Source: Octopus sinensis
Taxonomy: Eukaryota
DNA: 64,000 nucleotides
NCBI RefSeq assembly: GCF_006345805.1
Contig: NC_043001.1
Span: 37,386,001-37,450,000, forward strand
Direction of reading: 5' to 3'
The position numbers and the translations under genes were made by a program. Below, one piece after another: positions 13,236 to 26,147 of this stretch; the first letter of the stretch is position 1, and each line of letters opens with the position of its first letter. The notes beneath the pieces are model-generated. The model did not search any database. It was not told where the DNA came from and was given only the letters and a program-made list of their open reading frames with translations.

Positions 13236-13611
13236 CTCTCTTTTACTTGTTTCAGTCATTTGACTGCGGCCATGCTGGAGCACCGCCTTTAGTTAAGTAA
13301 ATCGACCCCGGGACTTATTCTTTGTAAGCCCAGTACTTATGCCGAACCACTAAGTGACGGGGACGTAAACACACCAGCATCGGTTGTCAAGCAATGCTAG
13401 GGGGACAAACACAGACACACAAACACATATGTATATATACATATATATGACAGGCTTCTTTCAGTTTCCGTCTACCAAATCCACTCACAAGGCATTGGTC
13501 GGCCCAGGGCTATAGCAGAAGACACTTGCCCAAGATGCCACGCAGTGGGACTAAACCCGGAACCATGTGGTTGGTTAGCAAGCTACTTACCACACAGCCA
13601 CTCCTGCGCCT
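13236..13611 (-). mobile_element. tRNA-derived SINE, family A
   Basis: Reverse complement of the 10552 element. Confidence 0.88.
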
Positions 13612-14874
13612 TATTTTAATAATTTTTTCTAAAACTTTACTGAAACATAAAGTGTATTTCATTGAAAATGGTTAAAGAAGGTTAAAGTAAATATGAGTGA
13701 TAAAAGACACCACAATTCTGAAGAAATATAAAAATATATTTATTCAATGTTCTGGTTTTTTAAAAGACATAATTTCATGATAAAGACTTATCAAAGCAGA
13801 AATTCAAAACATATCTATTTCTGATTGTTCAGCACAGTGGTGTCTTTCATACCTTCATATAACCCTTATTGATCTCTGATGATGGATGTAATACCTAATA
13901 ATGATTTATTATCAAAAGTCACAAAAATTGCTGATGCACTTTTCATCTTGTTCGTCAATACTATGAGTCTCAACAGCACAAATGTTTCTACAATCAGTGC
14001 TTTCACTAGCAGTACCATCACCACTACTGTTTAAGATGCTACCAACAACATTACAACAACAACACATACCATTATGGATATTATTACTGCCACAGTTTCA
14101 ACCATTTCAATCATCAATCATTACATTACAGCACCAATGAAATCTACTAGTGCTATAAGCCAACAAAGGAAGCTGCTATATGGTCACACACCCTATTAGA
14201 AAGAGCAGCCAAAGTTCCTGAAATCATCCCCAGCTTTCCATCTTAAATAAAGATTATACTGGACAACACAGTCCCTGATTTATGTACAAAAAAGCTGGGA
14301 TGTTTAAGAATGGAATACCTTTGATCATAGGTCAGTTTAATGAAGGCTGAAACTGGGCTAAAATACAACCATCACTACTACTTCTTTCACTACAGTCACC
14401 TCCATAACTACTTTAGTTACTATCTTCTTCAACTGACACTGTACTGTGTCTAAAAATAATAATAATAATAATAATGAAATTATTGTATACAGTGCTCAGG
14501 TGCACCACAACTTGTCAACGGTCAAGATACTTAGCTGTTGACAGTCGAATCGACTTAACCCTCCTTTTACTGCAGAAACTGGATATATCCATTCAAAGTT
14601 TCATTATCCTCAAAACCAGAAAGCAATTTTATATACCAATCTATCTTTTGTTGAAGAATGTTAAGTTTGAAACTATCTTTTGTTGTGATATGTCAAGTGT
14701 ATTGAGGAAAAAAACAGGTCTACTTTTTTATTCTACTGGAATAACTATGAAATTTAATTTTGTAATTAAAGGATTAAAGCTGAATAGGTATTCTGGTATG
14801 TTAAAACCCCCTATTATAAGAAGTGGAAGTACTGTGGAACTGATATTTCATTGACCTGCTACACTGAATTTTAA

Positions 14875-15096
14875 CCCTTTTGTTACCAAGCCGGCTGAAA
14901 CCGGCTCTGGTTCTGAGTACAAATGTCTTGTTTTCATAAGTTTTGAATTAAAATCTTCCACCAAACCTTAGTCCCAATTTATCTTCCCAACACTAGCTTA
15001 ATGATAACTAAGTTATTTTACTAAATTCTTGGTTATATTTAAAGTAATTGAAAGAAACACACAGAGCGTCTCAAAATAAATACAGTAACAAAAGCG
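14875..15096. mobile_element. piggyBac-like MITE
   Basis: TTAA|CCCTTTTGTTAC...GTAACAAAAGCG|TTAA: TIRs with TTAA target duplication. Confidence 0.8.
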
Positions 15097-15372
15097 TTAA
15101 TCCCTCAGTGAGGGAAGCTACTTGTGGCCATCATCATCATCATCATCATCGTTTAGTGTCCGTTTTCCATGCTAGCATGGGTTGGACATCAACATCTGAA
15201 TTCTTGTCATCCATAAGTAATCAGCTGAATTTTCTTTTGCCAAGCATGATAAGAAAGTCTTCCATTTGTGAGTTTGTTTACACACTCTGATCAAATCTGT
15301 GAACTACCAAAATACTATATCTAAGATTCAATGACTTTGATACCCTACACTAGGAAAGTTCTTCTATTTTAG

Positions 15373-16202
15373 TTGGTTGTATGGTTAAGTTGCTCACTTT
15401 GCAACCACATGGTTTCAGGTTCAGTCCCACTATGCAGCACTTTGGGCACGTGTCTTCTATGATAGTCTTACACCAAACAATGCATTGTGAGTTAATTTGG
15501 TACATGGAAATAGTGTGCAAGTCCATCATATATTTATGTGTGTGTCTGTGAGCATGTGTGTATGCACACGTAACATGTCTTTGTGTTTGTCTCTCACCAT
15601 TGCTTGACAACCAGTGTTGGTTTGTTTACATCCCTGTAACTTAGTGGCTCAGCAAAAGGGAACAATAGAACAAGTACTAGACTTTAAAAAAATGAGTACT
15701 GGGGTTGATTTGGCTAAGTAAACCCTTCAAAGTGGTACCCCAGCATGGCCACAGTCCAATCACAGGAACAAATAAAAGATAAAAGCTACTATTTTATCAT
15801 TGAGTTATTATAATTTGAATCTCAGGAGTTGTGTGGTAAGTAGCTTGCTTACTAACCACAGGGTTCCGGGTTCAGTCCCACTGCGTGGCACCTTGGGCAA
15901 GTGTCTTCTACTATAACCTCGGGCCGACCAAAGCCTTGTGAGTGGATTTGGTAGATGGAAACTGAAAGAAGCCCGTCGTATATATGTATATATATATATG
16001 TTTGTGTGTCTGTGTTTGTCCCCCCAACATCGCTTGACAACCAATGCTGGTGTGTTTACGTCCCTGTAACTTAGCAGTTCGGCAAAACAGACCGATAGAA
16101 TAAGTACTAGGCTTACAAAGAATAAGTCCTGGGGTCAATTTCCTCGACTAAAGGCGGTGCTCCAGTATGGCCACAGTCACATGACTGAAACAAGTAAAAG
16201 AG
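15373..16202 (+). mobile_element. Two tandem family-A tRNA SINEs (15373-15785 diverged, 15822-16202)
   Basis: Same head, body and tail as the 10552 element. Confidence 0.85.
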
Positions 16203-16564
16203 TAATGTATTCTTTGACTTTTCCAACAAGTTTTAATTCTTGTGTTCTTAACACCAATGCAAATACTCATAACTGACACACAACTGTGATGACGTGTCCA
16301 CCTTATCCACAAAGTGGATGTAAAATAACAGTAGTGACATAAATCAGGCATTCTTTTATTCTTTTACTTGTTCCAGTCATTTGACTAGGGCCATGCTGGA
16401 GCACTGCTGTTTAGTCAAAGAATTGACCCCCTGGACTTATTCTTTGTAAGCCTGGTTGTATTGGTCTCTTCTACTGAACTGCTAAGTTACAGGGACATCA
16501 ACATTGGTTGTCAAACAATGGGGTGGGGTGGGGGATGAACACAGACACAGAGACACACACATAA

Positions 16565-17150
16565 ATATCATCATCATCATCATCGTTTACGTCCGTTTTC
16601 CATGCTAGCATGGGTTGGACGGTTCGACCAGGGTCTGGGAAGCTAGAAGGCTGCACCAGGCTCCAGTCTGATCTGGCAGTGTTTCTACAGCTGGATGCCC
16701 TTCCTAACACCAACCACTCCGTGAGTGTAGTGGGTGCCTTTTACGTGCCACCGACACAGGTGCCAGGTGAGGCTAACAACGGCCACGATCGGTTGGTGCC
16801 TTTTACGTGCCACCGGCACGGAAGCCAGTCAAGGCTGCGCTGGCATCAGCCACGTTTGGATGGTGCTTTTTATGTGCCACCGGCACAGGGATTACAACTA
16901 CAATTTCCAGTGATTTTTGATGTTGATGTACTTGACTCAATAGGTCTTCTCAAGCACAGGGTCGAAACGGTGTTTCTTTACTTGCCACCTGCACAGGAGT
17001 CAGTCCAGCAGCAGTGGCAACTGCCGGGTGCCAGTCATAGGATTGGTTCAATTTCAATTCCGATTTCACTTGCCCCAGCAGGTCTTCGCAAGCAGAGTTT
17101 AGTGTCCAATGAAGAGAGGTTGGCATGGGTGCCAGTCGTCGGATGAGAGT
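16565..17150 (-). mobile_element. RTE 3'UTR and tail
   Basis: (cat)n cgtttacgtccg start, RTE core and gtgccaccggcac units. Confidence 0.88.
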
Positions 17151-17516
17151 CAATTTCGAAATCAATTTCGACATATATATATATATATATACACACACAC
17201 AATAAGCTTCTTTCAGTTTCTGTCTATCAAATCCACTCACAAGACATTTGTTGGCCCAAGACTATAGTAGAAGGCACTTGTCCATGGTGCTACATAGTGA
17301 GACTGAACCTGGAACCATGTGGTTGGGAAGCAAGCTTCTTACCACACAACCATGCCTGCATGAGCAATCTCTTCTAAGAGAACGGTCACATGAGACATGG
17401 TTCACCATCAGGCAGGCCACTCAATTAAAAAAATTCATTCAGTAAGTCTCACAGGGTAGCAGTTTGCCAATGGCTGATATAAACAATATGATTGCAAGGA
17501 ACAATAGTGGCTATGA

Positions 17517-17742
17517 AAACTCTTTAGCATTTAAACCGGTCACATCAGGCCAAGATATTCTATCTGTTTTATGTTCAAACTGGCCAGATCCAGCCTCTAA
17601 CATCTATTCTGCAATGTTATTCTACAAATATGCAATCACATCATCAAAATTGCAAAGGCACAGGAAAATGCATTATTAATTAAAAGCAGTGTGATTAAAT
17701 AAGCATTACATTTGATAAGTAATCCGTATATTATAGGGTTAA
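17517..17742. mobile_element. Degenerate piggyBac-like MITE, second family
   Basis: ctttagcatttaaaccgg...aataagcattacatttg...agggTTAA; a partial copy at about 1700-1768 ends aaagggttaa. Confidence 0.55.
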
Positions 17743-18139
17743 ATGCAAGAACACTGAGTGATGACATCCAATATTTCTGTATTAGATCATCTTGTTGATA
17801 AAAATGCCACTCCAGCTTTAAAGCAGAGCGATTTAGCAGTATGTATCTACTTCAACAATATGCAACTGATCAAATTTATTAAAAAAAACAACAAAAGAGA
17901 AACATAAAAACAAAAATGACTCATCTGAATTACACAATTGAGGAAATGTAGAAATAAACAGAAAAAGAAATACATATGTGGAGCTATTTTTTTTTTTTTG
18001 TCACAAACTGTTACAAAACTACAATAATAACAACGTTCTCTATTTCACAAGTTACACACACAGACACACACTTCACAAATACTAAACCCATACAAATACA
18101 ACTTAACTTTTGATCTCAATGTCTGCAAACCACTTAATC

Positions 18140-18500
18140 ATCACCATCATTGTTTAATGTCCACTTTCCATGCTAGCATGGGTTGGACGATTTGACTGAG
18201 GACTGGTGAACCAGATGGCTGCACCAGACTCCAATCAGATCTGGCAGAGTTTCTACAGCTGGATGCCCTTCCTAACGCAACCACTCTGAGAGTGTAGTGG
18301 GTGCTTTTATTAGCGTCCGCTTTCCATGCTAGTGTAGTGGGTGCTTTTTATGTGCCACCAGCACAGGTGCCAGACGGGGCTGGCAAACGGCCATGGTCGG
18401 ATGGTGCTTTTTATGTGCCACCGGCACGGGGGCCAGGCGAGGCTGGCAACGGCCACAATCGGATGGTGCTTTTTACATGCCACTGGCACGGGGGTCATGC
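18140..18500 (-). mobile_element. RTE 3'UTR and tail with internal rearrangement
   Basis: RTE core; agtgtagtgggtgctttt occurs twice around a copied cgtccgctttccatgctag segment. Confidence 0.8.
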
Positions 18501-18855
18501 GTGTCTGCGCTAATTTCCAACTCATAAAATTAATTGCTTTGATGAAGAACATAATATTATGTATGTGACAAATATGAAATATATTCCATATATGTGGTGG
18601 ATGGTAGTGTGACATGGGCATTAAAAGTGGAAAATGTGCAGAAGCTGGAAAGCCATTTGTTGATTATGATTAATCAGTAGAGCAACATTATGTTGCATGA
18701 GAACTGGAGCATGCATGAAATGAGAAAGCAGCTGGGTATTAAGCAGATTAGTCAGTGCATGCAGGAAAGATGACTGAGCTAATATGAACATGTGATACGA
18801 ATGGTGACAATGAATGGTGGGAGAAAATAAAATATACATTGATAGTAGAAGTACG

Positions 18856-19180
18856 TGGAGGCACATTGGCCCAGTGGTTAGGGCAGCGGACTCGCAGTCG
18901 GAGGATTGCAGTTTCGATTCCCAGACCGGGCGTTGTGTGTATTTATTGAACGAAAACACCTAAAAGCTCAATGAGGCTCCGGCAGGGGGTGGTGGCGACC
19001 CCTGTTGTACTCTTCCACCACAACTTTCTCTCACTCTCTCTTCCTGTTTCTTGAGTAACGTTGCGATGGACTGGTGTCCCATCCAGCTGGTGGGAACACT
19101 TACACCACAGAAACCGGGAAACCGGGCCCATGAGCCTGGCTAGCCTTAAAAAGGCGAAACAAAAGAAGAAGTAGAAGTAC
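18856..19180 (+). mobile_element. tRNA-derived SINE with V-domain-like core
   Basis: A box tggcccagtgg, B-box-like gtttcgattccc, core ttgcgatggactggtgtcccatccag resembling the V-SINE domain, (GAA)-type tail. Confidence 0.65.
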
Positions 19181-19339
19181 ATATAACAAATGAAATCCAA
19201 GGTAAATATGGAAAGATGTATCAGATTTCAACATCACAAGGCTCACAGATGAGACAATACAAAACCATCAGTGGTGATATCATCTTTTTCTATTGACTTC
19301 AATGAGACATAACAATGGATGCATCTCATATTGTGTCAA

Positions 19340-19560
19340 CCCTTTTGTTACCATATTTCAGCTGAACTACACTACTTTTGTTTTGATTAATCATAAAATA
19401 ATAAAAAATTTATTAAAATAACTTTATCATTATCAATCTGGTATTTGGAAGATAAATTAACATGAAATTTTGATGGACGGTTTTGATTGAAAACATTTTA
19501 AAATAGGAAGTTTGTATCATAGAACCAGGAGTGGTCTCAGGAGGGTTGGTATCAAAAGGG
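19340..19560. mobile_element. piggyBac-like MITE, same family as 14875, opposite orientation
   Basis: tcaa|CCCTTTTGTTACC...GGTATCAAAAGGG|TTAA. Confidence 0.78.
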
Positions 19561-20339
19561 TTAATTTATAGGATTTATGTTCCACTGTTCCATAATTGTT
19601 TTCCAAAGCTAATAACACTTGGAATCACTTTTTCACAATTGTTCCATATTGCATATCCATTCAATGCTTGCCAACAAGAATAAAGAAGGAAGTGGAGGTG
19701 GCTACAGTGATGGTGATGATAAAGATGAGTCAGGAATCAAAACATTTTTTAGAAGTTTCCATATTTTTGAAAATTATCTTGTTAAGGACTTACCTAAGTA
19801 AAAATGAGTGAGTATTCAATAAGAACAGTTCTTAAATGTGACTCAAATATGAAATAATGTTATTTCAATAAGACATAAAGCTATAAGTGCTATTACAAAA
19901 TCTTCATACTGCTTCTTCACATATTTTAATATTCTTCAATGATCAATAGATACTACTAATTTATTTAACTTGAGACATGCAATGCAAGTGTGACTCTGTG
20001 GTAAGATGTTTGCTTCTAAACCACATGTTTTTGGGTTCGGTCCCACTGCATAGCACCTTGGGCAAGTGCCCCAGACCAACCAAAGACTTGTGAGTGGATT
20101 TGGTAGATGGAAACTGAAGGAAGGCTGTTGTGTGCATATCATTTCATCATCATCATTTAACAGCCATTGTCCATGCTGGTATGGGTTGGACAGTTTGACC
20201 AGAGCTGGCAATATGTGCACGCACGTGAGTGCACATATGATACTGGCCCCTTGACTTGACATCACATGATAGTTGTAAGCTAGTGTCACATCATGCAATC
20301 AGTGTCTTTTATTTCCAATCTTCTGAGACATATCTAGTT

Positions 20340-20766
20340 ATGGGGGAATAACATCTTACTTGGAAATAGGTAAGGATTGGTGACAAGTAAAGCATCTAGC
20401 TTTTTGTCTAACTATCTGAACGTGGCCGTAGCCAGCACCGTATCGACTGGCCTCCGTGCCGGTGGCACGTAACAAACACCATCCGATCGTGGCCATTGCC
20501 AGCCTCACCTGGCCTCCATGCTGGTGGCACGTAAAAAGCACCATCCGAGCGTGGCCGTTGCCAGCCTCGTCTGGCACCTGTGTTGGTGGCACGTAAAAAG
20601 CATCCACTACACTCATGGAGTTGTTGGCGTTAGGAAGGGCATCCAGCTGTAGAAACACTGCCAGATCTGACTGGCCTGGTGCAGCCTTCGGGCTTCCCAG
20701 ACCCCAGTTGAACCATCCAACCCATGCTAGCATGGAAAGCGGACGTTAAACGATGATGATGATGAT
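20340..20766 (+). mobile_element. RTE 3'UTR and tail
   Basis: Tandem units, core and (GAT)n tail. Confidence 0.88.
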
Positions 20767-21199
20767 ATGCAAGCATGGAAAAGTATATGCTATGATGATG
20801 ATGATAATGATGGTGACTGTGAAAAGCAGAAGTCTCAAATGGATCAGTGCCAATGTTTAGCTTTCTCTTTTTTTTTTTTTTTTGTACTCTCAGACTCTCT
20901 ACCCATAAGAAATTTCATTCCTTTACTCTTTTTGTGGTTTTCAACACTTATCCCATCCCATTTTCACAACTTAGAAATAATCCGTTTTCTCCCCCAAAAT
21001 ACTTCAAATACTTCAGCATAAATATAAAAAGCAAAATGTATGAAGTCATCAAAATTTTTAAACTGACTCTTGAAAACCAAGGTTATTAGGTGCATGTGTA
21101 AGCATACATTAAGTTTAAATGTAAAAGAATGGAAAGAAAATGAAGCTGCTAGCAACTATAGATCGTATTACAGGGTAATAGTTGAAAATATATTCTAAC

Positions 21200-21303
21200 C
21201 TTAATATCAACTCCATTTTCAAGTCTGGACTCTGGTTCAGATTTCATCAACCAATGGGAATAGGAAGTAACAGGTTTCTTTGAATCTTTTTTACTTGCCA
21301 CAT
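21200..21303 (-). CDS. THYN1: THYN1 (EVE-domain thymocyte nuclear protein 1) internal coding exon
   Basis: Minus strand reads tttttag|AT GTG GCA...GAT ATT AAG|gttaga, giving (D)VASKKDSKKPVTSYSHWLMKSEPESRLENGVDIK. This matches the THYN1 EVE-domain start SHWLMKSEPESRLEKGVDVK. 104 nt, phase 1 to phase 0, canonical AG/GT. Confidence 0.95.
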
Positions 21304-21524
21304 CTAAAAATATAAAAACGGGGAACAATGATGTAGAAAAGAGAGAGAGAGAGAGGAGAGAGAGATTTCTGGTCACAAGAAAAATGAAGGAACACATTAA
21401 CATAATCTATAATTTGAAAATATTTAAATGATAAGCAAAGAGATACTAGTGGTATTTATAAAGCTAGATACATCAGTGAAGGTAATTCTAAATGGTTTCT
21501 CAGCCTGATAGAAATGGCAGAAAA

Positions 21525-21812
21525 ACCTTCCTTTCTCTAGAAAAACGACGACACCGTGGTGATCTCATTCTTGCTCACAACATCATAAGCGGAAAGTGTA
21601 ACCTCTCGAAAGAGCTGTTCTTCACTCCTGCTCCAGAGTGTCGGCTGTGGGGGTCACTCTGAAAAGCTCTATCTGCAATGATTTCATCTCAATCGAAGGA
21701 GAGGGGGCTTTCTCCGTGGAATAAGCTGCCAGATAAGATAGTGAAGATGCCGACGACCGCTCGGTTCAAAGTCTCTATGGACCAGAAATGGCCTGAACTC
21801 TTTGCATGAACA
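21525..21812 (+). mobile_element. CR1/L2-group LINE 3' end
   Basis: Translates LEKRRHRGDLILAHNIISG...NKLP...DQKW, typical of the CR1-group C-terminus, with stops. Confidence 0.75.
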
Positions 21813-21964
21813 CCCTCCCTGTACATAACTCCATGTCCCCCTACATGGCCTCGCTTTTTGCTTTTTGAGCCAAAAAATTAACTTAACATCCCACCAACCT
21901 AAAAAGGGACACATTAGATATAACAGTTTGTCTGTCATTGTTGACAATAACCAAAGATGAGAAA

Positions 21965-22200
21965 AATAAACGGAGCACAGTGTGTCCAGCTGTGGCTGAC
22001 CAGTCCATTGTGTGCTTGGAAGGCTCTGCCACAGGTTGGGCATTGGTTGTCTGTTGGGATCGAAGGTGAGGAGTAGGCTCTGGAATTGCATAGTATGTAT
22101 TTTCTGTGTGTCCCTGCAATCCTGTTCTGTTCGCAGGAGGTGACACATTACATAATATAGTCCTAGATGCACTGTATCTGGAGAGAAAAGACAATTTAGA
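21965..22200 (-). mobile_element. RTE-BovB-like C-terminal remnant
   Basis: Minus frame SRAYSSPSIPTDNQCPTCGRAFQAHNGLVSHSWTH (C2H2 motif). Confidence 0.78.
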
Positions 22201-22300
22201 CTGCAATGCATATTTATCATCAGGTACAGGCATAGCTGTGGTTAAGAAGTTTGCTTCCCCAGTGAAAACTCAAAGAAGCTCATCGTGTTTGTGTTGGTGA

Positions 22301-24546
22301 AAAGAAAGAGGCTTGGAGAAGCCATTATGAAAGACTGCTGAATGAGGAGAATGAATGGGAGGAGGAGAGCCTGCCAAATGTTGACCCAGTAGAGGGACCA
22401 GCTACCCGAATAGACAGCTCCCTTGTAGTTAAGGCAATTAAGGATATGAAAGCAGGTAAAGCCCCCGGCCCATCAGGAATCACTGCTGAGATGCTTAAAA
22501 CATCTGGTTGTGTGGGCTATGGCCTAGTCACCCGCATTGTAAACCAGGTAGTTCATAATGGAGTCATACCCAATGACTGGCGTAGCAGCACCATAGTCAA
22601 CTGCTACAAGGGTAAGGGTGATGCTTTAGATAGAAATAACTACTGGGGTATTAAACTGTTGGATCAGGTGATGAAGGTCAGAGAGGGTCATAACCCATCT
22701 CATTAGGGAGAGAATTTGCTTAGATGAGATGCAGTTCAGTTTTGTGCCGGGTAGAAGCACCACTGATGCTATATTCCTGGTCCGACAACTGCAGGAGAAG
22801 TACCTAGCTAAAGATAAACCCCTCTACATAGCTTTTGTGGACTTGGAGAAAGCCTTTGACAGGGTTCCCCGTTCCCTTATCTGGTGGTCGATGCGGAAAC
22901 TGGAGATTGACGAATGGCTAATAAGGGCTGTACAGGCTCTATACAGAGAGGCTGTCAGCAAGGTTAGGATTGGCAACGAATATAGTGAAGAATTCCGGGT
23001 AGAAGTAGGTGTACACCAAGGCTCAGCCCTCAGTCCCCTTTTATTCATCATAGTCCTCCAGGCAATAACAGAGGAATTCAAAACAGGATGCCCCTGGGAG
23101 CTCCTCTATGCTGATGACCTGGCTCTCATAGCAGAATCACTACCAGAACTAGAAAAGAAATTTCGGGTGTGGAAGCAAGGGTTAGAATCAAAGGGCCTTA
23201 GAGTAAATGTAGCAAAGACCAAAGTTATAGTAAGCAGAAAGATGAACTGAGCACACACCCCCTCGGAGAGGTGGCCCTGCTCGATCTGTAGGAAAGGTGT
23301 AGGTAGAAACTCCATAAGATGCACCCAATGTAAGCTATGGACGCATAAGAGGTGCAGCAACATTAAAGGGAAATTAAATGATAAGATAGCTTTCATGTGC
23401 GGCAGATGCACAGGGACAATAGACACCACAGACACTCAAAAAACAGATTCCATCACACTCCAGGGGGAGAAACTAGAAGTAGTTGATAGTTTCCGCTACC
23501 TGGGTGACCAAGTTAGTAGTGGAGGTGGATGCTCAGAGAGTATCACCACTAGAATACCAATAGCCTGGGCAAAGTTTAGAAAGCTCCTACCCCTGCTGGC
23601 GACAAAGGGTTTCTCGCTCAGAGTGTAAAGTAGATTGTATGATGCATGTGTGCTGTGACTGCAGAGGACATGCGTAGACTTGAAAGAAATGAAGCTAGTA
23701 TGATCCGCTGGATATGTAATGTCAGTGTGCACGCACGACAGAGTGTAAGCACCCTGAGAGAAATGCTGGATATAAGAAGCATCAGATGTGGTGTGCAAGA
23801 GCGACGCTTGCGATGGTATGGTCATGTACTGCGGATGGATGAGGAGAGATGTGAAGAAGTGCCACTCCCAAACAGTTGAAGGTATCAGGGGGAGAGGTAG
23901 ACCCAGGAAGACATGGGATGAGGTAGTCAAGCATGACCTCAGAGTGTTGGGCCTCACTGAGGCAATGGCGAAGGAGCGAGATCTCTGGAGATATGCTGTG
24001 ACTGCAAAGACCTGGGCTGCTTCCTGCACCAGTTCCGCATAGCCCCTGCCCATTCAAAGTACCCTGGATCCCAGAACGTCCCGCTGTGCTTGAGGAGACC
24101 TGTTGAGTCATGAACATGAACATCGAAATAAATATCAATGGAAATAGTAGTTGTGATACCTGTGCCGGTGGCACATAAAAAGCACCATCCGAACGTGGCC
24201 GTAGCCAGCGCCGACTTGACTGGCTTCTGTGCCGGTAGCACATAAAAAGCACCATCCGAACGTGGCCAATGCCAGCGCCGCCTTGGCTGGCTTGTGTATC
24301 GCTGGCACGTTAAAAGCTCCAACCGATTGTGGCCGATGCCGGACCCCCCCCCCTGGCACCTGTGCAGGTGGCATGTAAAAAGCACCCACTATACTCACGG
24401 AGTGGTTGGCGTTAGGAAGGGCATCCAGCCGTAGAAACTCTGCCAGATCAGACTGGAGCCTGGAGCAGCGCCTGGCTTCCCAGACCCCGGTCGAACCGTC
24501 CAACCCGTGCTAGCGCGGAAAACGGACGTTAAACGATGATGATGAT
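22301..24546 (+). mobile_element. 5'-truncated, disabled RTE LINE with RT domain, antisense in THYN1 intron
   Basis: GKAPGPSGI, AFVDLEKAFDRVP, GVHQGSALSPLLF, LLYADDLAL; frameshifts and stops; 3'UTR units; (GAT)n tail. Confidence 0.95.
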
Positions 24547-24704
24547 ATATATATATATATATATATATGTGCATGTGTATGTTTTATGTGTGCATGTACA
24601 TATGTTTGAATGTGTTAGTGTGTCTCTTTGCCTTGACATTGTGTGATAGGCGCAGGAGTGGCTGTGTAGTAAGTAGCTTGCTTACCAATCACATGGTTCC
24701 GGGT

Positions 24705-25870
24705 CATTCAGGTCTTTCTGCAGTTTTATGATGTCCTCTGGGTTTCTAACTACCTGCGATACTTTTGTATCATCAGCATAACTGGTCAGATTGGCTACCT
24801 GTACCACAGAGGGCACATCTGTGAAGGCCACCGCAAATAGTAGTGGCCCCAGTACAGTTCCCTGTTGGACTCCGCTGCGAATTGGTGTCTCTTCAGAGTG
24901 AGTACCAATGGCTACAACTGTCTGACTCCTGCCCTTCACAAAATCATGCAGCCACTCTCATGTCATGATCAACCTTGTCAAAGTTGAGATATATTATGTC
25001 TACAGCTGACTGGTTTAGCTGTTGCTTTAGTACCCAGTCAAAGTGCTGCAGCAACTGCGTGAAGCAGCTCCTCCCTGGATGGAAGCCATGTTCCGTGTTT
25101 GTGAAAATGTTGTAAGGTTGTATTCTTCAAGGAACATGATCAGCCTTTTTCTGACAATGTCTTCCATTGTTTTGCTAACATGTGAAGTCAGAGATGGGCC
25201 TGTAGTTTTTAGCATCTGCACCCTCCTTTATGGACAGGGTATATTATACCCTCTTTTAGCATGTTGGGAAGTTTACCACATGCAAGGAAACTGAAAGAGT
25301 TTCTGCAGTTGCTTTGTGAGAGCTTCTTTACATGTCTTTAAGAGAACAGCCAGGAGTCCATCTGGGCCTGTTGCTGAGTTTGATCTCATCTCATCCCCTT
25401 CTGTTATGTTGATGTAATCAATGGTTGCCTCTTTTCTGAATAGATTTGCTACATTGAAAAACTCCTCCGATTTGTTTATTTGCATATTTTCAGTGAAGAA
25501 ATGAAAACACTTCGGAATTCTTTATTTAGTGCTTCACTTATCTTCCCTGGGTCTGCAGCTAGTGAGTTGTTGTTACCAAATAGTGCCCCTATCTTATAGC
25601 AAACTGAGGCAGACTCCTTTGCCAGCGTGTAGAAGGCTTTAGGATTTCCTTTTATATTTTTGACTGCCCAGGTTTCTCTTTCTTTATCATGAAAGATTTT
25701 GAGTTTAGTTTCTATCTTGAAGAGTTCCTCTGTCAGGTGGGATTTCACACTGTCATTAAGGTGTTTGTTTAAATAATTCGAGATCTTTATTCTCCACTGC
25801 ATGAGTATATTCTCCTGTCTTGGGAAATGATGTTTTTGTGTGCATTGGCTCTCTTTTCTGAGACATATTT
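24705..25870 (-). mobile_element. Degraded CR1/L2/Jockey-group LINE RT
   Basis: SGVQQGTVLGPLLF, SYADDTK, SATGPDG and NIKGNPKAFY fragments; abuts a SINE head at 24648-24704. Confidence 0.85.
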
Positions 25871-26007
25871 AATGCATATGGCTCGCAATATTGACACAAA
25901 TTTATTGAGTTTCAGATCCATGTTTTGCATAGAGAAGATTTTATGTTTATTTATATATATATATATATATAGATAAATATATATAAATGTATATATGTGT
26001 GTGCGTG

Positions 26008-26039
<32 letters not shown>

Positions 26040-26147
26040 ATGTGCATATATAGATATGTATATATTGATATATACATGTATATATTGATATATACATATT
26101 GATATATAATGTGCATATATAGATATGTATATATTGATATATACATA

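Noticed and set aside
13853-13894. 42-nt AG/GT-flanked in-frame minus-strand segment (VLHPSSEINKGYMK)
   Set aside because: It would interrupt the conserved EVE junction DIK-FSL, has a weak acceptor and shows no homology.
14474-14854. 126-aa plus-strand ORF, and similar ones at 41580-41966 and 53606-53899
   Set aside because: No recognisable motif, composition typical of AT-rich intronic DNA, and no splice or promoter support.
21883-22233. 116-aa minus-strand ORF near a THYN1 exon, considered as the missing exon
   Set aside because: Another frame encodes the BovB-type CPTCGRAF...SH..TH motif, so it is a LINE remnant.
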